A DNA stretch of 64,000 bases from contig NC_043002.1 of assembly GCF_006345805.1 (NCBI RefSeq), forward strand, positions 3,844,001 to 3,908,000, given 5' to 3'. The position numbers were made by a program, and so were the translations under genes. The stretch's first letter is position 1. The number at the start of each line of letters is the position of its first letter. The notes below the pieces were generated by a model. That model searched no databases, was not told the DNA's origin, and saw nothing but the letters and a program-made list of their open reading frames with translations. This document shows positions 50,368-62,666 of this stretch, one piece after another. The stretch is from Octopus sinensis (Eukaryota).

Positions 50368-51412
50368 CAGGGTGCAATAGGTAAATTGTTGTGATTTTAT
50401 ATTCTTAATTTTATGCATGCACATTGTTTATTTTTGATTTTGTCAACTACACAGTATAGTAGGGTCAGAGGCGCAATGGCCCTGTGGTTAGGGCAGCGGA
50501 CTCGCGGTTGTAGGATCGCGGTTTCAATTCCTAGATGGGGCGTTGTGAGTGTTTATTGAGCGAAAACACCTAAAGCTCCACGAGGCTCCGGCAGGGATGG
50601 TGGTGATCCCTGCTGTACTCTTTCACCATAACTTTCTCTCACTCTTACTTCCTGTTTCTGTTGTACCTGTATTTCAAAGGGCCAGCCTTGTCACTCTCTG
50701 TTTCACGCTGAATATCCCCGAGAACTACGTTACGGGTACACGTGTCTGTGGAGTGCTCAGCCACTTACACGTTAATTTCACGAGCAGGCTGTTCCGTTGA
50801 TCGGATCAACCGGAACCCTCGTTGTTGTAACCGACGGAGTGCTTCCATCCATAGTAGGGTCAGTTGGGCACCGTCTTTGAGAAAACAGCACCATGACACA
50901 ATTCATTCTGCCAGAAGTATGGAACTGACATACTATACTGCTTGGCATTCATGCCGGAAGCTCCAATACGAACATTTCAGAGTGTTTGGGTGTCAATCTG
51001 AGGACATGTGCAGAGATTGATAAAAATCAAACATCCAGTAAACACCATGGTCTTTGGAGTGATCACTAGTGATGGTGACGTTATGCCTCCACTCATCTAC
51101 CAATATGGCCTCAGACTCAACATGGGGGCCTACATCAAATGCCTGGAGGAGGTAGTGCTACCCTGGGTCAAGAGGGTGTCTGCTGGAATTCCCTATGTCT
51201 GGTAACAGGACTCTGCACCATACCATACAAGCAGGAGAACCCAATCATGTCTGTCAGACAATTTCTGTCACCTCATCATCCCTAACATCTGACCACCTAA
51301 CTCCCCAGACTGCAACCCCCTTGGTTATTATGTGTGGGGTGCAGTTGAGCGAGAGATTAACAAAACTCCTTGTAACACCAAAGATAAACTGAAGGCAAGG
51401 ATTATTATTATT
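50368..51412 (+). mobile_element. Decayed IS630-Tc1-mariner transposon, DD37D (maT) type
   Basis: MVFGVITSDG...QDSAP-(37 aa spacing)-NPLGY...VWGAVE with internal stops; left end cagggtgcaataggtaaattg; interrupted by SINE C. Confidence 0.75.
50469..50850 (+). mobile_element. SINE family C, full, with 13-bp TSD
   Basis: TSD atagtagggtcag at 50456-50468 and 50851-50863. Confidence 0.93.
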
Positions 51413-51454
51413 ATTATTATTATTAGTAGTAGTAGTAGAAGTAGTAGTAGTAGT

Positions 51455-51900
51455 AGGGCGGCAAGGTGGCAGAATTGTTAGCATGCTGGATGAAATGCTT
51501 AGTGGTATTTTGCCCATCGCTCTGTTCTGAGTTCAAATTCCGCTGAGGTCGACTTTGCCTTTCATCCTTTCGGGGGTTGATGAAGTAAGTACCAGTTTGA
51601 GTACTGGAATCGATGTAATTGACTATCCCCTTCCCCCCAAATTTCAGGCCTTGTGCCTATAGTAGAAAGGATTATATTACTGTGGTGGTGAGCTGGCAGA
51701 ACCCTTGCTGTACTTTTGGCTTTATGTTTGGGGTTCAAATGCTGTCGATGTCAGCTTAGCCTTCCATCCTTTCAGGGTCTATAAAATAAAGTACCAGTTA
51801 AGCCCTGGAGTCGATATAATCGGCTAGTCCCCCACCACCACCACTCCCACCCTGCCTCTAAGTGTCAGGCCTTGTGTCCACTGTAGGAAGGATTGTTATT
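51455..51900 (+). mobile_element. Two family B SINE copies
   Basis: Match to family B. Confidence 0.7.
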
Positions 51901-52737
51901 GTGCTGCACAGACAAATCAGACGGTTCACCAACAACGGCCGTGGAACCCCCAGTGCCATCACGTTTCATGACAGGATGCCTCGTTTGTGCTCCATCATAG
52001 AAATATTTTGAACAGCATAGAACATACCCTGCACATTACCAAAACTGATTCCGGTGGATTGCATCTGACCTGTTTTAAAACATCCGGTTTGATTTAACCA
52101 ACAAATCTCAAAAGTGGTTACTTGCTCTGCTAGAAATACCAGTCTAACCTCCCACCAATTCCACCTCATTTAAAACAACAATCGAATTAGCCACAGCTTC
52201 CATCATACATCTGCTAAATGAAGGCTGACCTGGGATATCACCACCACATCAATACCCAATTCAATTTCTGTGCCATTGACCTCATTAGACTTCTTTTATC
52301 GTCATTAGAAACAGGAGAATTGCGTTTTTGTCAGTTTCTCCCATCCCAACCCAAATTCAGGACATCACATTCGTATTAGATTACAATTACGGTTAGGTTT
52401 TATTTGTTTATACAAAACTTTCACTTTATGTCAACTGAGGGCATGTTTCAGCTAATCAAAACTGCTTGACTGGTTATTAAGGACATTTACTGTGTGATTT
52501 CAATAATCTATTTGATTAATTGATTGTTATTGATCAGTTGAAATTCAATACTGATATATTGCATTGAGTTTCTTCTCTACAGAGCAAAATTGTTTACATC
52601 ACTTCAAGTGACCTACATGTCGGGAATTAACTTAGCAAATAATCTTGGAACATTTGCACAGACTGGCTCCACATTCATATCACATCCGCTTCATTATGTA
52701 ATAGAAACATAATTAAATAAACACCAACCCTTAAATG

Positions 52738-52776
<39 letters not shown>

Positions 52777-53337
52777 TGTCTTCAATGAAGTATTCATAAA
52801 GTGATTTTCCTGACTGTAGTCAATAACTTAATTCCTCTGTTCTCAAGAGGTGCTGGGAGCCTTTGATTATTTTAATTTAAATTGTGTAAATTTACTTTAT
52901 ATACTTCACATTATCATCATCATCATTCACTTTATGTCTGTTTTCCATGCTGGCATGGGTTGGATGGATTGCTACAAGTAAAATTATTATCCAAAGTTAT
53001 TTCACTCCTAATTTGTCTGAGGATCATGTTTTCCTTGCACATTTAATTCTTTGCTTGGTTTCTATGGCTGAATGCCCTTCTTTCTACCATCTGCAGCCAC
53101 TTTCCAGAGTGTGCAAGGTTCAATTTATCATGGCACCAACATTAGTGAGGTTGCCTTGTATTTTGTAAAGCTAAACATTCCACATTACTCGATAATGTTT
53201 GTTTGTTTGTTCAAGGTGAATATTTGATGTAATTTCACAAGTTAATTAAAAATATTAATTTAAATAGTTACATATGTTAATATATTCTGTAATTTATGTT
53301 AATTTGTTTTGTGAATTTGATTGATTTTGTTTGCCAG

Positions 53338-53465
53338 TGTTTGATAAGGTCCGAAACAATACTGAATGGTGGGGTTACGTGAATGTCCGTCCTCAAGCCT
53401 ACATGTTCTACTGGATGTATGAACATGTGGAACCTGAAAACAGACCCCTTATTCTATGGTTGCAG
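53338..53465 (+). CDS. SCPEP1: SCPEP1 exon 2: FDKVRNNTEWWGYVNVRPQAYMFYWMYEHVEPENRPLILWLQ
   Basis: ccag| acceptor, |gtgag donor, phase 1-0; WGYV.VR..A.MF.W...PL.LWLQ motif of SCPEP1. Confidence 0.93.
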
Positions 53466-53514
53466 GTGAGTTTCATAACTTTCTATGGCTTTTTTTTTTT
53501 TATTGTTTAACATC

Positions 53515-53915
53515 TTTACCTGCTGTGCTTGAGGAGACCTATTGAGTCAAGTACATCAACATCAAAATAAATATCAAATGGAAATTGTAGTTGTGATACC
53601 TGTGCCGGTGGCATGTAAAAAGCACCATCCGAATGTGGTTGATGCCAGTGCCGCCTTGACTGGCTTCTGTGCCAGCGGCACGTAAAAAGCACCAACTGAT
53701 CGTGGCCGTTGCCAGCCTCTCCTGGCACCAGTGCTGGTGGCACGTAAAAAGCACCCACTACACTCATGGAGTGGTTGGTGTTAGGAAGGACATCCAGCCA
53801 TAGAAACACTGCCAGATCAGACTGGAGTCTGGTGCAGCCTCCTGGCTTCCCAGACCCTGGTTGAACCGTCCAACTCGTGCTAGCACGGAAAATGGACATT
53901 AAACGATGATGATGT
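53515..53915 (+). mobile_element. Family D copy
   Basis: Internal repeats of gtggcacgtaaaaagcacc; (GAT)n tail. Confidence 0.75.
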
Positions 53916-54184
53916 TTTCCTTGTTGATTTACTCTGTTCCTCTGCCACCATATTGGCGACCCCCCTTTACCTGTTGTCAAGTGACAAACATGCACACACA
54001 CACACACATCTGATAGGCTTCCACACAGTTTCTGGTTACCAAATTCACATTGGTCAGCCCAGGGCTATTGTGGAAGACAACACTTGCCTAAGGTGCTGCG
54101 CAGTGGGACTGAACCCAGAACCATGTGGTTGGGAAACAAGGTCCATCACCACATGGCCATTCATGCTCCTAACAAATTTTTTTT

Positions 54185-54545
54185 GCTCTTTTACTCTTTT
54201 TAGTCATTTGACTGCGGCCATGCTGGAGCAGCGCCTTTAGTTGAACAAATCGACCCCAGGACTTATTTTTTGTAAGCCTAGCACTTATTCTATTGGGCAC
54301 TTTTGCTGAATCGCTAAGTTATGGGGACGTAAACATACCAGCATCAGTTGTCAAGTGATGGTTGGGGGGACAAACACAGACACACAAATACATATATGAC
54401 AGGCTTCTTTCAGTTTCCGTCAACCAAATCTACTCACAAGGCTTTGGTCGGCCTGAGGCTATAGCAGAAGACACTTGTCCAAGGTGTCACGAAGTGGGAC
54501 TGAACCTGGAACCATGTGGTTGGGAAGCAAGCTTCTTACCTTTTT
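54185..54545 (-). mobile_element. SINE family A
   Basis: Reverse-complement match. Confidence 0.85.
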
Positions 54546-54768
54546 AAAAACTTTCCAAGTAAAGGGTGCCAATAATTTGTTTAATCTCCAGTGTGCTGTG
54601 GAGCCATGTTAGAAATGGAGTGGGGGGGTGGAATTTACATCATCCGGGGTGGCATTTCTTATAGTCATTCTGGGAGTAGAGAAATGCCATTCACTTGCAT
54701 AGACTCACAGAGTGGGGTAGCTACTAGCATTTTGCCCCATCTTCCTACCCTCAGCCTCTAGGAACTTA

Positions 54769-55334
54769 CGAGGGTGAATCAAAAAGTAATGCCATTTTGT
54801 TTAGGACAGGTATAATTACCAGCACAGGAACACGTATCATACATCAAAATGAAGCTGGCCCTCTATGGATCACATCCCTACTTCTCAACATAGTCACCGT
54901 TTCTCTCAATAGCAATGTTCCACCTTCGAATGAGAGCATGTATCCCTGCCCCGTACAATTCTGTTGACTGTTCTCTGAGCCACTTCTTCACTACAGTTTT
55001 CACTTCCTTGTCACTGGACTATCATAGTCACTGGACTATCATCTCTTCGGCCCCATGAAAGAGGGTTTGTGAGGCAAACATTATTCTAGTGGTGAGGAAG
55101 TGAAAACTGTAGTGAAGAAGTGGCTCAAAGAACAGTCAACAGAATTTTACGGGGCAGGGATACATGCTCTCATTCGAAGGTGGAACATTGCTATTGAGAG
55201 AAATGGTGACTATGTTGAGAAGTAGGGATGTGATCCCCAGAGGACCAGCTTCATTTTGATGTATGATACTTGTTCCTGTGTTGGTAATTATACCTGTCCT
55301 AAACAAAATGGCATTACTTTTTGACTCACCCTCG
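54769..55334. mobile_element. Foldback mariner MITE built from two 3' ends
   Basis: TIR cgagggtgaatcaaaaagtaatg; ~250-bp inverted arms encoding the transposase C-terminus EEVKTVVKKWLKEQSTEFY...RWNIAIERNGDYVEK. Confidence 0.85.
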
Positions 55335-56172
55335 TTGTTTCTAATACTTATTTCTATCACAACCATGGAGTCAAAGAAGATAAAGAACAACTGGTCCAAG
55401 GGCTCCTTCAGCCTCATCATCATCAAGCATCCATATTCCATACTGGCATGGATTGGACATTCTCAAAACAGTGTAGTAGAATGTTGACCACAAGTAGTAA
55501 ATCCAAAAGAACTGTCACATTCTCAGCAAGATTCCTTTGGTCTCTGTGCTATGACAGAAATAGGCTGGACAATGGAAAGAATGATGTCTGGGCCATCACA
55601 CTGGACACCATATGGTTCCTCACTGCATGGCAGTGTGTATGGTATGGCATATCTGTACACTCTCAGCATGGTATATCTGTAGATGTGCCATGCTGAAAGC
55701 TGAATGTGTGGTAAGAAGCTTGCATTTTGTATGGAAATGTCTTCAGTGGTGAAATCAAAGAATGGATCAGTAAGCTGCTAGAATCATTTGAACATTGGAT
55801 GAAATGCCAAAGGACATTTTCCTCTGACTTTTTTTCACATTCTGAGTTCCACTCCTGCCTTTCACCCCTCCAGGGTCAATAAAAACAAAGTGCCATTCAA
55901 AGTGCTGGTGTTGGTGGAATTCACTAACTTCCTCATCTCAAAATTACTGGCCTTGGGCCCTAAATCAGAAACTACTACTACTACTGCCGCTGCTGAGTGA
56001 GAGAGCAGCTCATGCCATCAGTGACACTGGGGTACCAATATACAAAGCCCAATTTACCTGTCTGTTAAGGGTACACTAGGGACATGCATTACAACCACAT
56101 GTGCGTGACATGCTGACCTCATATCAAGATAAACAATGCACAGCCTTATATTCTTCTTATTCTTATTTGAAG

Positions 56173-56262
56173 GGAGGTCCTGGCGCTTCTTCAGTGGGAT
56201 TTGGTAATTTCATGGAAATTGGCCCCTTAGACATAAACCTCCAACATCGCAAATATACTTGG
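56173..56262 (+). CDS. SCPEP1: SCPEP1 exon 3: GGPGASSVGFGNFMEIGPLDINLQHRKYTW
   Basis: ag|...|gtaag, 90 nt, phase 0-0; S10 GGPG.SS motif. Confidence 0.96.
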
Positions 56263-56339
56263 GTAAGTTTGTTTATTCTCTTTGAAGTAATTTAATTGTA
56301 CGTATCCAAGCATTTCTTCTCTCATTGCAGTTCTCTTAA

Positions 56340-56554
56340 CCCTTTCGTTACCAACCTGACTGAAATTGGCTCTGAGTACAAATGTCTTGTTTTCATAAGT
56401 TTTGAATTAAAATCTTCCACCAAACCTTAATCACAATTTATGTTCCTAACACTAACATAATTATAACCAAGTTATTTTACTAAATTCTTTGTTGTATTTA
56501 AAATTAATTGAAAGAAACAGAGAGCATCTCAACAGAAATACAGTAACGAAAGAG
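56340..56554. mobile_element. piggyBac-type MITE
   Basis: TTAA-ccctttcgttac ... gtaacgaaagag-TTAA. Confidence 0.8.
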
Positions 56555-56836
56555 TTAAATACTTGATTAATCTGTACTGCATCTAGTAACAAATGAGGTG
56601 AGAATAAAACTGGAACATGTCAGAAGTAGCCTTCCTTGTCAGAAACAGAAATGATATTGGTGGCAATTGATGGATTTTTGTATTTTTCTCTATATTTATT
56701 TTTTTATTATTTTTAATATTTCATGTATTAAATATGAATTGTGATTTTTGGCTTCCAGCACCAATTCAAACTTTGAATAAACATTATCTTTTAGTCAATC
56801 AGAATTATGTTTTCTAGGCTTAACCCTACCACTAAG

Positions 56837-56977
56837 CCCTTGGGTACCTTTGCATCACTTTAAAACAGGTTTGTATCAATGGACCAGGGGCAGTTTCTGA
56901 TAGGTTGATATTTTAAGGGCTCAGTCTTTTGTTAGCATATTCCTGGGGCAGTTTTGGGTGGGTTGATACCCAAAGGG
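56837..56977. mobile_element. piggyBac-like MITE, decayed
   Basis: cccttgggtacc ... gatacccaaaggg-TTAA. Confidence 0.45.
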
Positions 56978-57214
56978 TTAATGTTGAGTGGACTACTTGC
57001 CAGGATGTTGCACTTACAATAAGTGGTTTCAAGTCCCTGACTGGGGGTTGCTTCTGCTCGCTCAGCAGTAAATGAGTAACCCAGCAACTGACTGGGGACC
57101 TGATTGGTGGGTGGTGGTGATAGTGGGGGACTTATGTAATCTTGGTCACTTACAGACCCATGGAAATTGGGCAGATGACCCTGTAATTCCTTGAACTTGA
57201 GATATTCTTTTCTA

Positions 57215-57660
57215 TTCTAGGCACAAGGGCTGAAAATTTTGGGGGAGTGGGGAGGGCAGTCGATTAGATCAACCCCAGTACGCAACTGGTACTTAATTTA
57301 TTGACCCCAAAAGGATGAAAGACAAAGTTGACTTCAGCGGAATTTGAACTCAGAACATCAAAACAAACGAAATATCACTAAGCATTTCGCCTGGCATGCT
57401 AACATTTCTGCCAGCTCGCCGCCTTGACTTAAAATAATATTTTTTTATTGCCCACAAGGGGCTAAACATAGAGGGGACAAACAAGGACAGACAAAGGGAT
57501 TAAGTTGATTATATTGACCCCAGTGTGTAACTGGTACTTATTTAATTGACCCCAAAAAGATGAGAGGCAAAAACAGCCTTGGCAGAATTTGAACTCAGAC
57601 CGTAATACCGCTAAGCATTTCGCCCGGAGTGCTAACGTTTCGGCCAGCTTGTCGCCTTGA
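57215..57660 (-). mobile_element. Two adjacent family B SINE copies
   Basis: Reverse-complement matches. Confidence 0.8.
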
Positions 57661-58239
57661 CTTGGGGATAATATTGTCCAGGATTAGGTGGTGGTGATGA
57701 CGATTCTGTTGAAGGTAATCATGTCATTGGTTCTTTGATTTGATAGAAAATCTTGATGTATTGATGAGACCCTTTCTACTGGAGCATCCCCTGGGTCTTC
57801 ATTCCTTCCCCTTTGGCCTCCATCAACTTTAAAGTTTTTTTCAAAAATACATAAGAACTGTCATTTCTAAACAATAACCAATGTTGTTGTGGCATCATTT
57901 GAATTCTTGTTGTTTAGCCCCGGGAACTCAGCAGACTAACAGTCAAAGGGGTTCTGACTGTGACCACCATTTCTAATTTGTGGACCTGTAATGTTTTAAT
58001 GTTATTTCAGATGGTATGATAACGTGAGCTCTCTTATGGGTTGACTATGTAGGGACTGCTTTTTGGGGTCAAGTGGGAGCATGGGTGTGTAGCAGATCCT
58101 TCTCTGAGATTGATCCTGCAATGGCTCTGTTTGCTGAAATATGACTCATCACAAAAATGTGAATAAAGTTGCTATGAAAACCTATTAATCAAAGTTAATT
58201 AATGAAGAAAAAAAAAGATTCAGATTTTTCTTCAACCTG

Positions 58240-58640
58240 TTTCAGTCATTAGACTGCGGCCATGCTGGAGCCATGTTGGAACCATGCTGAGGCCATACTG
58301 GGGCCATGCTGGGGCACCACCTTGAAGAAATTTTAGTTGAATGAACTGACCGCAGTACTTGTTTTTTGTGTTTTTTTTTAAAGCCAGTACTTATTTTGTC
58401 AATCTCTTTTGCCGAACCACTAAGTTCCAGAGATGTAAACACCAGTTGCCAATTCGTGATGAGGGACAAACACACACACAACTGGCTTCTTTCAGTTTCC
58501 GTCTACCAAATCCGCACACAAAGGCTTTGGTCAGCCTGAGGCTATAGTAGAAGACACTTGCCCAAGGTGCCATGCAGTGGGACTGAACCTGGAACCATGT
58601 GGTTGGGAAGCAAATTTCTTACCACACAGCCACACTTATA
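58240..58640 (-). mobile_element. SINE family A with internal 12-bp tandem expansion
   Basis: ggccatgctgga-like unit x5 at 58258-58318. Confidence 0.8.
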
Positions 58641-58811
58641 CCTATTAGTGTTAGTTCTTTTTTTCTTCTCTCAAGTCTTTGAGGCTAAATTAATTAATTC
58701 TTCTCATTAAGTTTTTAACACCAGCTTCTTAATGAAAAAGTTATTTCAGTAAATTCTTTTCTCTCAGACAAAAACCATAGCATCATGTCTGTCAATGGTG
58801 TATATACTTAA

Positions 58812-59210
58812 GGCAGCAAGCTGGCAGAATTGTTAGCATGCCGGGGCGAAATTCTTAGCGGTATTTCGTCTCTACATTCTGAGTTCAAATTCCACCGAGG
58901 TCGACTTTGCCTTTCATCCTTTCGGGGTCAATTAAATAAGTACCAGTTATGCACTGGGGTCGATATAATCAACTTAATCCGTTTGTCTGTCCTTGTTTGT
59001 CCTCTCTCTGTGTTTAGCCCCTTGTGGGTAGTGAAGAAATATGTATTTCGTCTGTCTTTATGTTCTGAGTTCAAATTCTGCCCAGGTCAACTTTGCCTTT
59101 CATCCTTTCGGGGGGTTGATAAATTAAGTACCGGTTGCATACTGGACTTGATCTAATCGACTGTCCCCTCCCCCAAAATTTCGGGCCTTGTGTCTGGAGT
59201 AGAAAAGAAT
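58812..59210 (+). mobile_element. Family B SINE plus a partial second copy
   Basis: Match to family B. Confidence 0.82.
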
Positions 59211-59252
59211 GGTGTATATACATTTTGTATGATAAATAGATGGCTATTTTAA

Positions 59253-59472
59253 CCCTTTAATGTTTAAACCAGCCATTTCTAGCCCAAGTATTCTACATGT
59301 TTCATGTTTGAACCATCCAGATCCGACCTCTCACACCTACCCTACAATGTTATTCTAAGAATTAACAATTACATCATTGCAATCTCTGAACTACGAGATA
59401 ACACATTGTTAACTCAAGACAACGTGAATAAATAAGGATTACATTTGGCCAAGTAGTCTGAATGCTGAAGGG
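59253..59472. mobile_element. piggyBac-type MITE
   Basis: TTAA-ccctttaatg ... aatgctgaaggg-TCAA. Confidence 0.6.
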
Positions 59473-59556
59473 TCAAAGGGCCAAAGTTATTTTAATTGTA
59501 TCCACTGAGTTTTTTAACAAGAATTGTATGTATTTTTGTTTGTTTGTTTTTATCAG

Positions 59557-59709
59557 CTGACAGAGGCCAGTCTTTTGTTTATTGATAATCCAGTTGGTTC
59601 CGGCTTCAGTTACGTCACTTCCGACTCCGCTCTGGCCAAAGATGTCCAAACCATTGCCCATGATTTGATCACAACATTAAAAACGGTTTTGAAAAAGCCT
59701 TTGTTTCGG
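59557..59709 (+). CDS. SCPEP1: SCPEP1 exon 4: LTEASLLFIDNPVGSGFSYVTSDSALAKDVQTIAHDLITTLKTVLKKPLFR
   Basis: tatcag| acceptor, |gtatg donor, 153 nt, phase 0-0; LLF.DNPVG.GFSY motif. Confidence 0.96.
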
Positions 59710-59741
59710 GTATGTTTTTAAATTTTTAAAAATTTTTTATC

Positions 59742-60085
59742 TTTTAATTGTTTCAGTCATTTGACCGTGACCATGCTGGGGCACCACCTTGAAATAGTTT
59801 AGCTGAACAAATTGACCCGAGTACTTTTTTAAGCCCGGTACTTGTTCTGTGGTTTTCTTTTGCTGAACTGCTAAGTTGTGGGGGACGTAAACACACCAAC
59901 ACCGGTTGTCAAGCAGTAAGGGTGGGGAACACACACACACACACACATGACAGGCTTCTTTTAGTTTCCGTCTACCAAATCCACTCCCAAGACTTTGGTT
60001 GGCCCAAGGTTATAGTAGAAGACACTTGCCCAAGATGCCACGCAATGGGATTGAACCCAGAACCATGTGGTTGGGAAGCAAATTC
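59742..60085 (-). mobile_element. SINE family A
   Basis: Reverse-complement match. Confidence 0.8.
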
Positions 60086-62078
60086 ATATTCTAGTTTCAT
60101 AGTGTCTTTGCCATTTCTCTTTCTACTGTGTGGGACCATAGAAGTGTGTGTGTGCATTAGTAGGGAAACCTGAAAACCAAATAATGGTTTTTCCACATCA
60201 GAGGTTCCAGCATGGCCGTCATCATCATCATCATCGTTTAACGTCCATTTTCCATGCTAGCATAGGTTGGACAGAGCCATGTAATCAAGAATTTCTTTTT
60301 ACAACTATTTGGTTTTAGGTTCAGTCCTGCTGCATGGCACCTTGGGCAAGTGCCTTCTCCTGTAACCCTGGGCCAACCAATTCCATGTGGGTGGATTTGC
60401 TGGATGTAAACTATAAAAAAAATAATAATTTGAGTGTCTCTCCCTGCCTCAACAGTTCTATACTGATTGTAAACACTCACGGCTCATTCAAAAACAGTGA
60501 AATTTGTTTATAATCTTCTGTGAAAAATTGTCCAGCCATTGAGTTGTTTGTGTTTGAAGAACAATGAGAAGATCTTACCTTAGTAGGAAATAGGTGACGG
60601 GTTGGGGACAAGAAGAGTTTTCCAGCCATAGAAGAATCTACCTCGAAAGGTTTTCTCTGATCAATGCAAGCAAGGAAAAAGTGGACTTTAAAAAATGATG
60701 AGGTTGTGGATTCTACAGCATTTTGCAAGCAAAACTATAAAATTCATGAAATCTGAAAGTCAGGCTAATCGTTATTTAACATCTGTGTTCCTTGCTGGCA
60801 TGGGTTGGATTGTGCCAAGCAAAACTGTAACTAAGGTAACCTTATGCGAACTCCATTACCTTTCTATGAATGTTCTTAAAAGAAAACTTTAAAAAAACCC
60901 GTTCTTGATATCACTATGCCACATACATTCCCATTTGGAAATCAGGACATGGATTCAGTCTACTACATCACCACACTAATCATACACTTCACAGAAAAGG
61001 ACATACGACAGCTTAAAAACTCCACAAAATAAAAGAAACTCACACACACCGTTCTAAATCCGCTCTAGATTAGCAAAGCTTTTAAATTAATTCCCTTCGC
61101 TCTATTTTTAAATGCTTCCCCCCCACTCCTTGTTTTAAGAAACAACACCAAATGCCAGAAAGTAAACAGTTCTATCACCATGGCGATATTGTGTACAAAA
61201 AGAACACATTCCAGATTTTGCAATTTCTTGAATGAAGTACCAGAAGAAACTGTATTCTCTCAGATTTTCTTTGATTGAAACCTTCACAAACTTCCCAAAC
61301 CTGTACTTCAAACATCACAACCCTTGCCAAAATCTAGAGACCCCATCCACAGTACCCAAAATCAGAACTGCAACTATACCCTAAAACTCAGCCTCAGCAT
61401 GAACTGTCTCCCTAACTCCATGCATTGGGCTGTGGTGCACTCAGCCAACAATAAGAGCAATCTGACCAGGTCCACTTTCACTGTCCTCACCACCAGACTC
61501 TCCATTCATTCTAAAATAAACTGGACAATAAAGAGAGCACAACATGTCTGGATGGTCACTGGTCACTCTGTCCTTTATACAAGTCCTGAAATGTGTTTCA
61601 GGGTGTGTAATATGCTCTTTAGTTGGGTGGAAACATGGACTAGCTTCAATTCTACCTCTGCAGGTTGTACCAATTCTTTTGGTTTAATACCTGCAGACCA
61701 TGGGACAAATTCCATTAAGAGTTCGTTGGGGACAAACAACAAAAGCACATTGCCATCATCATTATACAATACACTGTGCTTTTTTTAGATGTATGATGAC
61801 TTAAAGCAGTTTTGGCTGCTATATTTAGCAGGCTGAGTGACAGCTTAAAGATTTCTTGTTTTGCTCATTGTAGTAGTACTAGTAGTAGTAGTAGTAGTAA
61901 AAGTGGTAGTAATAGTTATCTTCTGTTGAAATATTTTACATTCTGAGTGAAACATTAGTCCTACATTCTTATTTCTCATGAGAAAGGCATGAACACCATA
62001 AAATCTCATTTTTATTCCCTCTGATAATTATTTCCCTTTTTTCCCCCCTTTCTTTTTATTATTTTCTGTTCCTTCTAG

Positions 62079-62153
62079 AAAGTTCCATTGTATATCTTTT
62101 CTGAGTCTTACGGTGGCAAAATGGCTTCAGTGTTCAGCTTGCGGCTCTGGAAA
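62079..62153 (+). CDS. SCPEP1: SCPEP1 exon 5 with catalytic serine: KVPLYIFSESYGGKMASVFSLRLWK
   Basis: ttctag| acceptor, |gtaag donor, 75 nt; ESYGG nucleophile motif. Confidence 0.96.
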
Positions 62154-62666
62154 GTAAGTTCTTACCATTTTTGTTTCCCTTTTTTTGATTATATTTTATT
62201 GGAAATACAATTTTTAAACATTATTTTACAGAAATTTACAAGGGAATTGTGCAAAGGTTTTGTAGTCCCTGCAGGTAAAATGGTGAATATGTTGTCTTGA
62301 AGAATGGCTCTGGAGTGGTACCAGAAAAACCATTCCACATCGTTTCTTCTTTCTCATTTACCTTCTCTCTCTCTCTCTCTCCTATCTTTTATTTTTTTAT
62401 CTTTTTTGATACCTCCTGTTTTCATATGTTTTCCTTCATTTTTCTCTTTCCTTTCTTTTATTACCCCCATTACTTTCTTCTATCAGTTTCTTTCTTTTTT
62501 TGTTTTCCTTCTTGTGCCCCTCCCCACACCTTTAGTTAAAAACTCGTTATCTCCAAAAACCTCAACTTACAGATGGTGATTAACGACACCATGTTTTATC
62601 AAGCTGTATCTCCTTGACCTCTTTCTAATCCAGCTGCCTTTACTCAACCCCTTTCTAGCATAAAAA

